64,000 nucleotides of DNA, taken from positions 3,720,001-3,784,000 of the forward strand of contig NC_043026.1 of the NCBI RefSeq assembly GCF_006345805.1, written 5' to 3'. A program made the position numbers and the translations under genes. The DNA comes from Octopus sinensis (taxonomy: Eukaryota). Below are positions 26,673 through 38,921 of the stretch, piece after piece (the stretch's first letter is position 1; every line of letters starts with the position of its first letter). The notes beneath the pieces are model-generated. The model ran no database searches. It saw nothing but the letters and a program-made list of their open reading frames with translations, and was not told the DNA's origin.

Positions 26673-26932
26673 TCATGATCCTTCGATGCCTTCTACTGAG
26701 AAAAGTTCTTTGTGAAGGGCAGGGAACTCTACGTCCGGAGCAGATCGTTTGAACATGTTCAGCACATCGATGTGCCGTCCTCCCAGGTTGCGCAGCTCCT
26801 CTACGTGACCGAGGAGCTTCGCAAGAGTTGTCTCCTCCTCCTTGTGATTCTTGCCGACTTCAAGCTTCAAGGCAGTCAATACTTTCTCGTGAAGTTTCTG
26901 GATGTCCTCCATGTCTTTCAGTCCAGGTCGAT
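26673..26932 (-). CDS. HR3: Nuclear receptor HR3/ROR (NR1F), last coding exon (LBD helices 9-12)
   Basis: cgacag acceptor, phase 1; (D)RPGLKDMEDIQKLHEKVLTALKLE...FPALHKELFSVEGIEGS*. The FPxLxKELF AF-2 motif is typical of NR1F. TGA at 26673-26675. Confidence 0.92.
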
Positions 26933-26970
26933 CTGTCGAGGATAATATGAATGACAATTATATATATAGA

Positions 26971-27835
26971 CTAGCAGTATCGCCCGGCGTTGCTCGGGTT
27001 TGTAAGGGAAATAACTATACAGCATTTTTAGAGAGTTATAGCCAAAAAATAGCAAAAAAATACATTAAAAATGGGAAAAAATGATGGTAAATTTTTTTTA
27101 AATCGTAGACTCATCGTAGACATTTTTAGAGAGTTACTTCCCTTTAAAAAAATATGCATGAAAATGGAAAAAAATGATGGTAAATTATTTTTAAAATCGA
27201 AGACCTGTTGAGGCAAGTGAAAATCAAATCAAACCAAATCAAAATAGATGAACATCAATGGAATTTGTATCTTTGTGGTACCAGTGCCGGTGGCACACAA
27301 GAAAACCATCCGAACGTGGCCGTAGCCAGTACCGTATCGACTGGCCTCCGTGCTGTGGGCACGTAACAAACACCATCCGATCGTGGCCGTTCGCCAGCCT
27401 CATCTGGCACCTGTGTCGGTGGCACAAAAAAAAACACCATCCGAGCGTGGCCGTTCGCCAGCCTCGTCTGGCACCTGTGTCGGTGGCACATAAAATCACC
27501 CACTACACTCTCGGAGTGGTTGGTGTTAGGAAGGGCATCCAGCTGTAGAAACACTGCCAGATCTGACTGGCCTGGTGCAGCCTTCGGGCTCCCCAGACCC
27601 CAGTTGAACCGTCCAACCCATGCTAGCATGGAAAGCGGACGTTAAATGGTGATGATGATGATGATGATGATGTAGACTCATCGTAGATGCGCGCTAATAC
27701 CCAGAAGGGCTCGATATGAATCACGACTATAAGATACCCGGTTTTGGTTAAACTGCACCGCAAAATGTGGGAGTAGTTAGGAATCTAAATCGAAGGGGAC
27801 AGACACTTACACAACTACAGTTTTATATATAAAGA
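26971..27835 (-). mobile_element. Non-autonomous Helitron interrupted by an RTE 3' fragment (27200-27672, +)
   Basis: Minus-strand 5' TC at 27835-27834 and 3' hairpin+CTAG at 26971. Alignment to the 5719 copy shows the insertion between AAATCG and TAGACTC. Confidence 0.8.
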
Positions 27836-28141
27836 TTAACAGACAGGGGGGAATGTAAAAGGAGCAATGTAGCAAGCGACAAACAGACAGAAACAGGGGA
27901 ATAGAGACAGACAGACAGACAGAGAAAAAAAAAAGAAGTAGATTAGATAAATAGACAGAAAGAAAAATAGATAGAGAGATAGGCGCAGGAGTGGCTGTGT
28001 GGTAAGTAGCTTGCTAACCAACCACATGGTTCCGGGTTCAGTCCCACTGTGTGGCACCTTGGGCAAGTGTCTTCTGCTATAGCCCCGGGCCGACCAATGC
28101 CTTGTGAGTGGATTTGGTAGACGGAAACTGAAAGAAGCTCG

Positions 28142-28187
<46 letters not shown>

Positions 28188-28385
28188 CTGTGTTTGTCCC
28201 CCTAGCATTGCTTGACAACCGATGCTGGTGTGTTTACGTCCCCGTCACTTAGCGGTTCGGCAAAACAGACCGATAGAATAAGTACTGGGCTTACAAAGAA
28301 TAAGTCCCGGGGTCGATTTGCTCGACTAAAGGCAGTGCTCCAGCATGGCTGCAGTCAAATGACTGAAACAAGTAAAAGAGAGATA

Positions 28386-28909
28386 GCTTGGCAGAAATCT
28401 TCAAATCTTCTTTCTTTTAGCATCTCTCTTCTCAGCGCATTTTACACCCTATCTTGTAGGGTTCTTTTTCATATCACTGGCTGGTATTTCCATGGGAATG
28501 TGACCAGCTGGGGCATATCTTGTTGGATGTGGGATCGATGATGGTCTTCCTGGTTTCGTGGGAGGCAATAAGGGCCTACATTTTTCAATAATCTTGGTGA
28601 TTATTTGCATTCTAAATTTCAGCGGTTTCATAGCAGAAGCTGAAGTTTCCAAAGATGCTTTATACAAAACATGAGCATTCCAGATAGCCAAATCCATCAA
28701 ATGAAAAAATACTTTTTTATAATATTTTTTCCCCACGTAAATTTTTTCCACAAGTAAATTCGTGATTGCTCAAAAATGAAACGACACAAAACAAATAAGA
28801 CTCGTTTGAGAGCTAAAATTAAAAGTTAATTTTGACCGAGTATACTCGTCTGGTTCTAAAAGGATACATTTGCGATGCACGAGTAAACACGGGATTATCC
28901 ATTAAGGGG
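28386..28909 (-). mobile_element. Internally deleted piggyBac with transposase C-terminal remnant (ORF 28449-28751)
   Basis: KKYYKKVFFHLMDLAIWNAHVLYK...LKFRMQII...GRPS...GHIP...KKNPTR then a decayed Cys-rich tail; terminus TTAA|CCCCTTAA at 28910-28913. Confidence 0.8.
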
Positions 28910-29129
28910 TTAAACTGATCCAAATTTAAATCTTCCATTAATATTTCATATTAATTCATGCTCCATTGAAGCATGTTTGACAATAACAGTCAGCTTGACA
29001 GTTTGACAGTTTGACAATAACAGTCAGCTTGACAGTTTGACAGTTTGACAATAACAGTCAGCTTACTAAATTCTTTAGGAGCTTTAAAATCAGTTGAAAC
29101 AAATGCAGTGGGTTTCAACAAAAGTAGGG

Positions 29130-29130
<1 letters not shown>

Positions 29131-29161
<31 letters not shown>

Positions 29162-29570
29162 CACCATCATCATCATCATCGTTTAATGTCCGCTTTCCAT
29201 GCTAGCATGGGTTGGACGGTTCAATTGGGGTCTGGGAAGTGTTTCTACGGCTGGATGCCCTTCCTAACGCCAACCACTCCGAGAGTGTAGTGGGCGCTTT
29301 TTACATGCCACCTGCACGGGGGCCAGACGAGGCTGGCAAACGGCCATGATCGGATGGTGCTTTTTATGTGCCAGACGAGGCTGGCAAACGGCCACGATCG
29401 GATGGTGCTTTTTACATGCCACCGGCACAGGGGCCAGGCAAAGCTGGCAACGGCCACGATTGGATGGTGCTTTTTATGTGCCACGCACAGGTGCCAGACG
29501 AGGCTGGCAAACGGCCACGATCTGATGGTGCTTTTTACGTGATACCTGCACAGGTGCCAGACGAGGCTGG
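29131..29570 (-). mobile_element. RTE LINE 3' UTR fragment with (GAT)n tail
   Basis: Same terminal sequence as the 60695-62714 LINE. Similar fragments at about 34270-34590, 39840-40345 and 43400-43860. Confidence 0.8.
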
Positions 29571-29724
29571 CCAAAAAGGTTGAAATGACCGGAACTAAAA
29601 CTTTCATCCCTCAAACTCTCCTGGTAATTTACGGTCCAAACACCAGCTCAAAAATGACCAATTGAAACGAACGTAGGACACTTTCACTGGAATCAGAGTG
29701 ATGGAACGGTTAAATAAAATAAAA

Positions 29725-30143
29725 GGCGGCGAGCTGGCAGAAACGTTAGCACGCCGGGCGAAATGGTTAGCGGTATTTCGTCTGCCGTTACGTTTTGAGT
29801 TCAAATTCCGCCGAGGTCGACTTTGCCTTTCATCCTTTCGGGGTCGATAAATTAAGTACCAGTTACGCACTGGGGTCGATGTAATCGACTTAATACCTAT
29901 GTCTGTCCTTGTTTGTCCCCCTCTGTGTTTAGCCCCTTGTGGGTAATGAAGAAATAGGTATTTCGTCTGCCGTTACGTTGTGAGTTCAAATTCCGCCGAG
30001 GTCGACTTTGCCTTTCATCCTTTCGGGGTCGATATATTAAGTACCAGTTACGCACTGGGGTCGATGTAATCGACTTAATACCTATGTCTGTCCTTGTTTG
30101 TCCCCCTCTGTGTTTAGCCCCTTGTGGGTAATAAAGAAATAGG
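29725..30143 (+). mobile_element. SINE family B, head plus tandem internal duplication
   Basis: GGCGGCGAGCTGGCAGAAACG head, then two ~180-bp segments ending AAAGAAATAGG. Confidence 0.85.
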
Positions 30144-30177
30144 TTAAATAGAATAAAAGCCAAAACATAAAACTGAC

Positions 30178-30294
30178 CTGTTCGGATGAGAATCAAAGCA
30201 CTCATGAGAGCAAGTTCACCTTCAGACAGTTTCAGAGAGATCATGGAATCAACAAATTCGAAGATCCTCTCTTGTAATGCTCGTTCAATTTCAT
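30178..30294 (-). CDS. HR3: HR3/ROR LBD exon (helices 7-8)
   Basis: ttgcag acceptor, gtcagt donor, 117 nt, phase 1-1; (N)EIERALQERIFEFVDSMISLKLSEGELALMSALILIRT(D). Confidence 0.9.
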
Positions 30295-30372
30295 CTGCAA
30301 AGAAATAATTAAATGATTAATTAACATAGTAAAATACACACACAGTGATTTAGAAGCTTGTTTAATATTTAA

Positions 30373-30594
30373 CCCTTTCGTTACCGCATTTATTTTGAGA
30401 TGCTCTGTGTTTCTTTCAATTAATCTTAAATATAACAAAGAATTTAGTAAAATAACTTAGTTATCATCAAGCTAGTGTTAGGAATATAAATTGCAACTAA
30501 GGTTTGGTGGAAGATTTTGATGCAAAACTTATGAAAACAAGACATTTGTACTACAGAGCCAGAGGCAGTTTTGGCCGGGTTAGTAACGAAAGGG
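30373..30594. mobile_element. piggyBac-type MITE
   Basis: TTAA|CCCTTTCGTTAC...GTAACGAAAGGG|TTAA. Confidence 0.85.
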
Positions 30595-31474
30595 TTAAAA
30601 GGATTACATAAAATTTTATTCATATATACATGTGTGTGGGAGGTGCAATGGCCCAGTAGTTAGGGCAGCAGACTCGAGGTTGTAGGATCACGGTTTCGAT
30701 TCCCAGACCGGGCGTTGTGAGTGTTTATTGAACGAAAACACCTAAAAAGCTCCAGCAGGGTGGTGGTGGTGATCCCTGCTGTACTCTTTCGCCACAACTT
30801 TCTCTCACTCTTTCTTCTGTTGGCCTGCTCGCTTAGCCAGCGGGGTGGCGTCATTTGAAGGCTAAAACAATGACCAGCGATGTGTACTGTTGGCGATTTT
30901 TTCCCTCCGTCTTCCCTTCTTTGGATCTTTCCTTTTCCTATGTTTCCGACGAAGAGCTCCGCTCGAAACATTGAACCCTCCTTCTTTCCTGAGCGTCCAA
31001 TAATACTATACTTGTCCACGTCCATGTGTTGTTGTGTTTTCACGTTTAGATTAACTTTATATATATATATGTATATGTATGTGTGTGTGTGTGTGTGTAT
31101 GTTTGTGCGTCTGTGTTTACGTCTCCGTAACTTAGCGGTTCGGCAAAAGAGGCCGATAGAATAAGTACTGGGCTTACAAAGAATAAGTGCTGGGGGGTCG
31201 ATTTGCACGACTAAAGGCAGTGCTCCAGCATGGCCAACAGTCAAATGACTGAAAGAGTAAAAGAGTAAAGTCATCTTATAAAGAAATCCGTTTACATGTT
31301 TTTGTGTACTGAAGAAGTATAACTGATTTTACTGCACATGAATTGTAACAAACAAAATCTTATATGGACCCCAGCAGAAAACCTCTAGGGTAGAGTAAAG
31401 AGCAGAGCCGAGCAGTAGTAGAAAACAATGGTAAATTGTGAAAGGAAATGCATGAAAAATAAAGTCATACTTAC

Positions 31475-31582
31475 TGAAAGCAGAGAAAGTTTTAAGCGGT
31501 AAAAATACCGGGCCAAATATCACTCGTTTTGACGACGACTCATACACTCTACATAACCTTATCAGTGCTAATTCAAAACTCC
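31475..31582 (-). CDS. HR3: HR3/ROR LBD exon (helix 5 and beta-sheet)
   Basis: ctgcag acceptor, gtaagt donor, 108 nt, phase 1-1; (G)SFELALIRLCRVYESSSKRVIFGPVFLPLKTFSAF(N). Confidence 0.92.
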
Positions 31583-31636
31583 CTGCAGAAGGAGAACGAA
31601 GAAAGAAATAAAAGAAGAACAGAAACATACATACAA

Positions 31637-31870
31637 GGGATCTTTTCTGTTTGAACGGCAGTTTTTTAAAATAATTTCTAGGTAACTAAAAAATTTTAAA
31701 ACTTCCTACAGGCTTAGGAGTGGCTGTGTGGTAAGTAGCTTGCTAACCAACCACATGGTTGCGGGTTCAGTCCCACTGCGTGGCATCTTGGGCAAGTGTC
31801 TTCTACTATAGCCCCGAGACGACCAATGCCTTGTGAGTGGATTTGGTAGACGGAAACTGAAAGAAGCCTG

Positions 31871-31942
<72 letters not shown>

Positions 31943-32502
31943 ATTGTGTGTCTGTGTTTGTCCCCTAGCATTGCTTGACAACCGATGCTGGTGTGTTTAC
32001 GTCCCCGGCACTTAGCGGTTCGGCAAAACAGACAGATAGAATAAGTACTGGCTTACAAAGAATAAGTCCCGGGGTCGATTTGCTCGACTAAAGGCGGTGC
32101 TCCAGCATGGCCACAGTCAAATGACTGAAACAAGTAAAAGAGCAAAAGAGTATACTGGTAGAATGTGTTTATAAAACATCTTTTTCTCTTGGCTTTATTG
32201 AGGAAATTCTATGGTTTGTAAGATATTTGTTGTTTTTTTTCTCTTCAATTTCTACAATTTCAACCAATCACCGACGTCTATTGAGGTAAAAAAAAACACT
32301 CTGTGCCGTATGAATATGTCCCTCGTTTAAGAAACAGATTGGGTTTATTTACATTTGTGAAGAAAAAAAAGATACCCTTTCCCCCCACCCCTAACCCTAA
32401 AACAGATTGAAATGCAATAGATCGATACAAGGGTCATAATTATGGGTGACAATTTCATATGACACCGCTAGAAAAAACTGCCGTTTAAACTGAAAAGATC
32501 CC
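31637..32502. mobile_element. TIR MITE with 6-bp TSD (ATACAA), interrupted by a family A SINE
   Basis: GGGATCTTTTC(T)GTTTGAACGGCAGTTTTT TIRs; ATACAA at 31631-31636 and 32503-32508. Confidence 0.75.
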
Positions 32503-33775
32503 ATACAAGATCATTGTTATAATCATTTTAAGAATTTAGAATAAAATATTTTGTTTCATCCTTTTGTTACCAATACTCTGTGTTTTTTTTTGCAATTAAT
32601 TTTAAATATATAACAAAGAATTTAGTAAAAATAATTCAGTTATCATTAGGCTAGTGTTAAGAACATAAATTGTGACTAAAGTTTCGTGGAAGGTTTTAAT
32701 TCAGAACTTATGAAAACAAGACATTTGTACTACAGAGCCAGAGGTGGTTTCAGCCGGGTTGGTATCAAAAGGGTTAAAAACACCTCTACATTTGGGCAGA
32801 TGGACATTAGAAACAGTTGAAAGGGTGTGGATTGAAGGAAATTTAGGCTACTATTTCTAGCATATAGAGTGACCACATTAAGGTCTCCCCATCCATCTAA
32901 CCTCTGTGTTTCTTTCAATTACTTTAAATATAACAAAGAATTTAGTAAAATAACTTAGTTATCATTCAGCTGGTGTTAGGAACATAAATTGTGACTAAAG
33001 TTTCGTGGAAGGTTTTAACTCAGAACTTATGAAAACAAGACATTTGTACTACAGAGCCAGAGGTGGTTTCAACCAGGTTGGTATCAAAAGGGTTAAGAAT
33101 TGTTTCTCTATTATATATTTTAACCCTCTTGTTACTATATTTCTGTTGAGATGCTCTGGGTTTCTTTCAATTAATTTTAAATATAACAAAGAATTTAGTA
33201 AAATAACTTAGTAATCATTAAGCTAGTGTTAGGAACATAAATTGTGACTAAAGTTTGGTGGAAGATTTTAATTCAAAACTTATGAAAACAAGACATTTGT
33301 ACTACAGAGCCAGAGGCGGTTTCAGCTGGGTTGGTATCGAAAGGGTTAAAAACACCTCTACATTTGGGTAGATGGACATTAGAAGCAGTTGGAAGGGTGT
33401 GGATTGAAGGAAATTTAGGCTATTATCTCTAGCATAAAGAGGGGCCACACTGAGGTCTCCTCTCATATCTTGTTGTTTTTCCATCAAGGGAAAAAGTATT
33501 TTGTTGCTATACGGGCAACACATGAACATGTATGTATACAAACAACATGTATGCAATAGCTGTACATACATGTGTGTGTGTTGCCCATATACATATATAT
33601 ATAAACCAATTTCAACGGATTTCGCCCAAATTTGACGTCGATTTTACTTAGTTTGGTTTGAGATAAGGAACTTGATTAGCTTAATAATCCTAACTTAATC
33701 CCAGGCAAAGCCGAGTTATACTGCTAATATATATAAATATATATATATATACAAGAGAAGGGCAAAGAAACATAC

Positions 33776-33908
33776 CTGCTTTTAACAACATGATTTGGTC
33801 GTCTTGGGATAAATCCATGAATCCTGGCACCATTTTAGCAAACTCTATAATCTGTTGAACTGCCATAGTAATTTTATCAGCTACTTCCATCCATAATTCT
33901 CGGTTAGA
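33776..33908 (-). CDS. HR3: HR3/ROR LBD exon (helices 3-4, LBD signature)
   Basis: ctgcag acceptor, gtatgt donor, 133 nt, phase 0-1; [44 protein letters not shown](G). Confidence 0.95.
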
Positions 33909-34227
33909 CTGCAGATAAACAATAATAACAATAATAATAACAACAATAATAAGCCTTTCTGTTATAGGCACAAGACCTGAATATAATACTAATAATAATA
34001 ATAACAATAATAATCCTTAACACAATAAGCGCAAGGCCTAAACTTTTGTGGGAAGGAGACGACTCGGTTACATTGACCCTAGTGTTTCACTGGTACTTTA
34101 ATTTATTGACCCAAAAGGATGAAAGGCAATGTTGACCGTAGCAGGATTTGAACTCAGAACGTGAAGATGAATGAAATGACACAAAGCATTTTGCCTGACA
34201 TGCTAATGATTCTGCCAGCTTGCTGCC

Positions 34228-34289
<62 letters not shown>

Positions 34290-34844
34290 TAATCAACATC
34301 ATCATCATCATCGTCCGCTTTCCATGCTAGCATGGGTTGGACGGTTCAACTGGGGTCTGGGAAGCCAGAAGGCTGCATCAGGCCCAGTTTGATCTAGCAA
34401 TGTTTCCACGGCTGGATGCCCTTCCTAAAACCAACCACTCCGTGAGTGTAGTGGGTGCTTTTAACGTGCCACCGGCACAGGTGCCAGACAAGTCTGGCAA
34501 ACGGCCATGATCAGATGGTGCTTTTTATGTGCCACCAGCACGGGGGGCCAGGCGAGGCTGGCAACAGAAACAAACGGATGGTGCTTCTTTTTTACGTGCC
34601 TCGCATTGTTTTAGCCTTCAAATGACGCCACCCCGCTGGCTAAGCAAGCAGGCCAACAGAAGAAAGAGTGAGAGAAAGTTTTGGCGAAAGAGTACAGCAG
34701 AGATTGCCACCACCCCGTGCTGGAGCCTTGTGGAGCTTTAGGTATTTTCGCTCAATAAACACTCACAATGCCAGGTCTGGGAATCGAAACCGCGACCCTA
34801 CAACCGCGAGTCCACTGCCCTAACCACTGGGCCATTGTGCCTCC

Positions 34845-34878
<34 letters not shown>

Positions 34879-35187
34879 TTGCTACCTAACTCAGATACCA
34901 CGAAACCCCAAAATGGCAGAAATTCAAAAGATAGTGCTCATGGGAACTGCTCATATCCTGCGCAAAATACTTTCTATGTAATCTCAGGGTTTTTTTTTGG
35001 ACATTCACTAGTACAACCCCAAAAAAACACCCCAAATATATGGCACACGAGGCATCACAACAACATGAACTTCCAACCTGTTGTCTCTTGAGGTCTCTGG
35101 GTAAGACTTGGAGCCAACTTGTACAAATATAAAGCAAAAGTCTGGATTTGGTAGTCGGAAACTGAAAGAAGCCTGTCGTATATATGA

Positions 35188-35219
<32 letters not shown>

Positions 35220-36083
35220 TTATGTGTCTGTGTTTGTCCCCCTAGCATTGCTTGACAACCGATGCTGGTGTGTTTACGTCCCCGTCACTTAGCGGTTCGG
35301 CAAAAGAGACCGATAGAATAAGTACTGGGCTTACAAAAAGAATAAGCCCCGGGGTCGATTTGCTCGACTAAAGGCGGTGCTCCAGCATGGCCGCAATCAA
35401 ATGACTGAAACAAGTAAAAGAGTAAAGAGAGTATAGAATAATAAAATTAATAATAATAATAATCCTTTCTACTATATGCACAAAGCCAGAAATTTTGTAT
35501 ATTATGTGCCTTTCTGTGAAATATCTAATAGTGCTATATTAATTATTAAGGCAGCTTCGTTACAGAATATTTGCAAACTTATAACTAAATTATTGCTTCA
35601 AACAAGCAAATAAAATATAAAAACGAAGGTAACCTATTTACCTCCCTTGATTTGATTCCCTTGCTTCAGTTATCTCCCTTCATCTAAGTAATCTTTACCT
35701 CATTTACTTCCCTTCATTATCAGTTATTGCCTCCCGTCGATAAAAGAGTTCGCCGATTATCTCCCTTCTTCTCATTAAGGTATTTCTTAACTCACGGGCG
35801 CCCTTTTTTCTTTATCCCCTTGGGACCCCAGCAACTTTTAAAAGTTACGCATCATTTATATTTATTTTATTGAAATGATTTTATACCTCATGACTTTTAT
35901 CATCAATAGTTTATGTATGCGCATACAAATTTTGAGTTTGTCCTCATCTTGTTTGTTAACACAATGCTTCGGCTGATATACCCTCCAACCTTCATCAGGT
36001 GTCTTGGGGAAATTTTGAACCTAGGTTCTCATTCCTAAGCCTTGTGAGTGGATTTGGTAGACAGAAACTGAAAGGAGACCGTC

Positions 36084-36137
<54 letters not shown>

Positions 36138-36231
36138 ATATATACAAGTGTCTTCTACTATAGCCCCAGGCCAACAACCAAAGCCTTGTGAGTGGATTTG
36201 GTAGATGGAAACTGAAAAGAAGCCCGTCGTA

Positions 36232-36287
<56 letters not shown>

Positions 36288-36832
36288 CATATATATATAC
36301 ATATATATATGTATATATGTATGTGTGTGTCTGTGTTTGTGCCCCTAACATTGCTTGACAACCGATGCTGGTGTGTTTATGTCCCCGTTACTTAGCGGTT
36401 CGGCAAAAGAGATCGATAGAATAAGTACAGGGCTTACAAAAGAATAAGCCCCGGGGTCGAGTTGGTCGATTAAAGGCGGTGCTCCAGCATGGCCACAGTC
36501 AGATGACTGAAACAAGTAAAAGAGTAAAGAGAGAGGCATGACACAGCAACGCCATGCAATGCAATGCAATACCTAACCACAGTATCATTGAGAGAGGAAG
36601 GGAGAAAGGAGTAAAGGTGACTCAGAGACAAGGGGATATATTAATTCTTAATTTGCGTAACAGTAGGAGTGCCAGGCTGGGAACAACAACAAGAAGAACA
36701 CAGAGAATTATTATTATTAATAATAATAATCTTAAATCACAGGCAGTTGTGTACCAATTAGCACAGAACAACGTAAAAGTCATAAATAAATCTCTGAACG
36801 AGATGTAAACAGTAACCGCTCGACAACGTAAA

Positions 36833-37132
36833 GTATACTAGCCATCTCAATATGGCTAACCACAAAAGGTGGGTGTTACTGTAGCTTGTAGCCCCAGGAG
36901 ATCATCGTCTCCAGCTGGCTTTAGGCACATTACTTGTGCCCTTATGGTATTTGCAAAGGGAGGCCATCCTTTTCTCATAAGCCTTTACGAGATAGGGATG
37001 GCCTCGCTTTGCAAATACCGTAAGGGCACAGAAAGTGTGCCTAAAGCCAGCTGGAGACGATGTTCTCCTGGGGCTACAAGCTACAGTAACACCCACCTTT
37101 TGTGGTTAGCCATATTGAGATGGCTAGTATAC
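36833..37132. repeat. Foldback: ~144-bp inverted arms with a ~12-nt loop
   Basis: 36833-36976 is the reverse complement of 36989-37132, with about 9 mismatches by hand count. Confidence 0.92.
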
Positions 37133-38303
37133 CTTACAATGTGAAAGTTTCCCTTGGTAAAAAAATAACATGATCAAAGCTTGATAAAGGAATTAATTAC
37201 TCTTTTACTCTCTTACTTGTTTCAGTCATTTGACTGCGGCCATGCTGGAGCACCGCCTTTTAGTCGAGCAAATTGACCCCAGGACTAATTCTTTGTACGC
37301 CTAGTACTTATTCCATCAGTCTCTTTTGCCGAACCGCTAAGTTATGGGGACGTAAACACACCAGCATCGGTTGTCAAGCGATGTTGGGAGGACAAACACA
37401 GATGGGCTTCTTTCAGTTTCCGTCTACCAAATCCACTCACAAGGCTTTGGTCGGCCCGAGGCTATAGTAGAAGACACTTGCCAGAGGTGTCGTGTGGTGG
37501 GACTGAACCCGGAACCATGTGGTTGGAAAGCAAGCTACTTACCACACAGCCACTCCTGCGCCTAATTGGTAATAAATTATTTCTCACACTGCTAAACTCA
37601 TTATCACGCGTGCAGCCATGCATACGCACACCATTATATATGCTCATCTATTGTTTATAACACCAAAAAAGAGAGGGGGAAAAATGGAAGCTGCACGTAT
37701 AATACATAACTTAGAAGCAGCGCCACAGATGTACCAACACACGTGTGATTGAGACATAGCCGACCTCACGCACTTTTCATGAGGAATTCCGGAGACCACT
37801 GCTGAGATACTTCCGAAAAAAAAAAAGCCATTGGAAAAACCGATTATATCAGCGAATCCATCTATGAATATCTAAAGAAGGAATTGTATTCCGAAATATC
37901 ATCGGACTATGGATAACTAAATTACAACAGGTATATAGTCCTTTTTATTTTTATATATAAATATATATATACTAGCATTATGACGCGGCGATGCCAGGTC
38001 ATACAAGTTCAAATTCTGCCGAGGTCGATTTTGCCTTTCGGGGTCGATAAATGAAGTACCAGTGTCGCACTGGGAGTCGATGTAATCGACTTAATCCCTT
38101 TGTCTGTCCTTGTTTGTCCCCTCTATGTTTAGCCCCTTGTGGGCAATAAAGAAATAAGAAACTGTAGGGAACCCCATCGTGTGTTTGTGTGTTTGTGTGT
38201 ATGCATGCAATATTATCTATCTTTCACTTGTTTTAATCATTAGACTGTGGCCATGCTGGAGCAACAGCCCCTTGAATTTTTAGTCAAATGTACCATCTTG
38301 TGT

Positions 38304-38686
38304 GGAGGCGCAATGGCCCAGTGGTTAGGGCATCGGACTCGCGGTCATAGGATCGCGGTTTCGATTCCCAGACCGGGCGTTGTGAGTGTTTATTGAGCGA
38401 AAACACCTAAAGCTCCAAGAGGCTCCAGCAGGGGATGGTGGTGATCCCTGCTGTACTCTTTCACCACAACTTTCTCTCACTCTTACTTCCTGTTTCTGTT
38501 GTACCTGTATTTCAAAGGGCCGGCCTTGTCACTCTCTGTGTCATGCCGAATATCCCCGAGAACTACGTTAAGCGTACACGTGTCTGTGGAGTGCTCAGCC
38601 ACTTACACGTTAATTTCACGAGCAGGCTGTTCCGTCGATTCGGATCAACCGGAACCCTCATTGTTGTAACCGACGGAGTGCTTCCA
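38304..38686 (+). mobile_element. tRNA-derived SINE, family C
   Basis: Full-length copy, homologous to 1328-1699. Confidence 0.85.
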
Positions 38687-38799
38687 CCACTATCTTGTGG
38701 GCAGTAAAGAAATAAATATGAGAGAGAGAGAGAAAGAGAGAGAGGGTGAGAGAGAGAGAGAAGGGGTTCATCCAAACCAAGCGGAATGAAATAACTTAC

Positions 38800-38921
38800 C
38801 AAACTCTGATAGCGTTTGATGTGTTCCTGAGATGTTGGTTGATTGAGCATTCGGTCAATTGTTTCCCGAGTATAAAGGCAGGTTCGAAGATGTGCTTCTG
38901 TGACAGCTTTACCAAACGCAA
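38800..38921 (-). CDS. HR3: HR3/ROR LBD exon (helix 1)
   Basis: cttccag acceptor, gtaagt donor, 122 nt, phase 1-0; (V)AFGKAVTEAHLRTCLYTRETIDRMLNQPTSQEHIKRYQSL joins in frame to SNRELW. Not evident from the ORF track. Confidence 0.9.

Noticed and set aside
32388-32400. CCCTAACCCTAA telomere-like repeat
   Set aside because: There are only two units, and they are an internal part of the 6-bp-TSD MITE.
37730-37930. Protein-like stretch FHEEFRRPLLRYFRK...YISESIYEYLKKELYSE on the plus strand
   Set aside because: It is interrupted by stops and an A-run, and I cannot assign it to a family; possibly a TE fossil.
38304-38380. tRNA gene (also other SINE heads)
   Set aside because: A/B-box-like head continues into a multi-copy SINE body with no complete cloverleaf.
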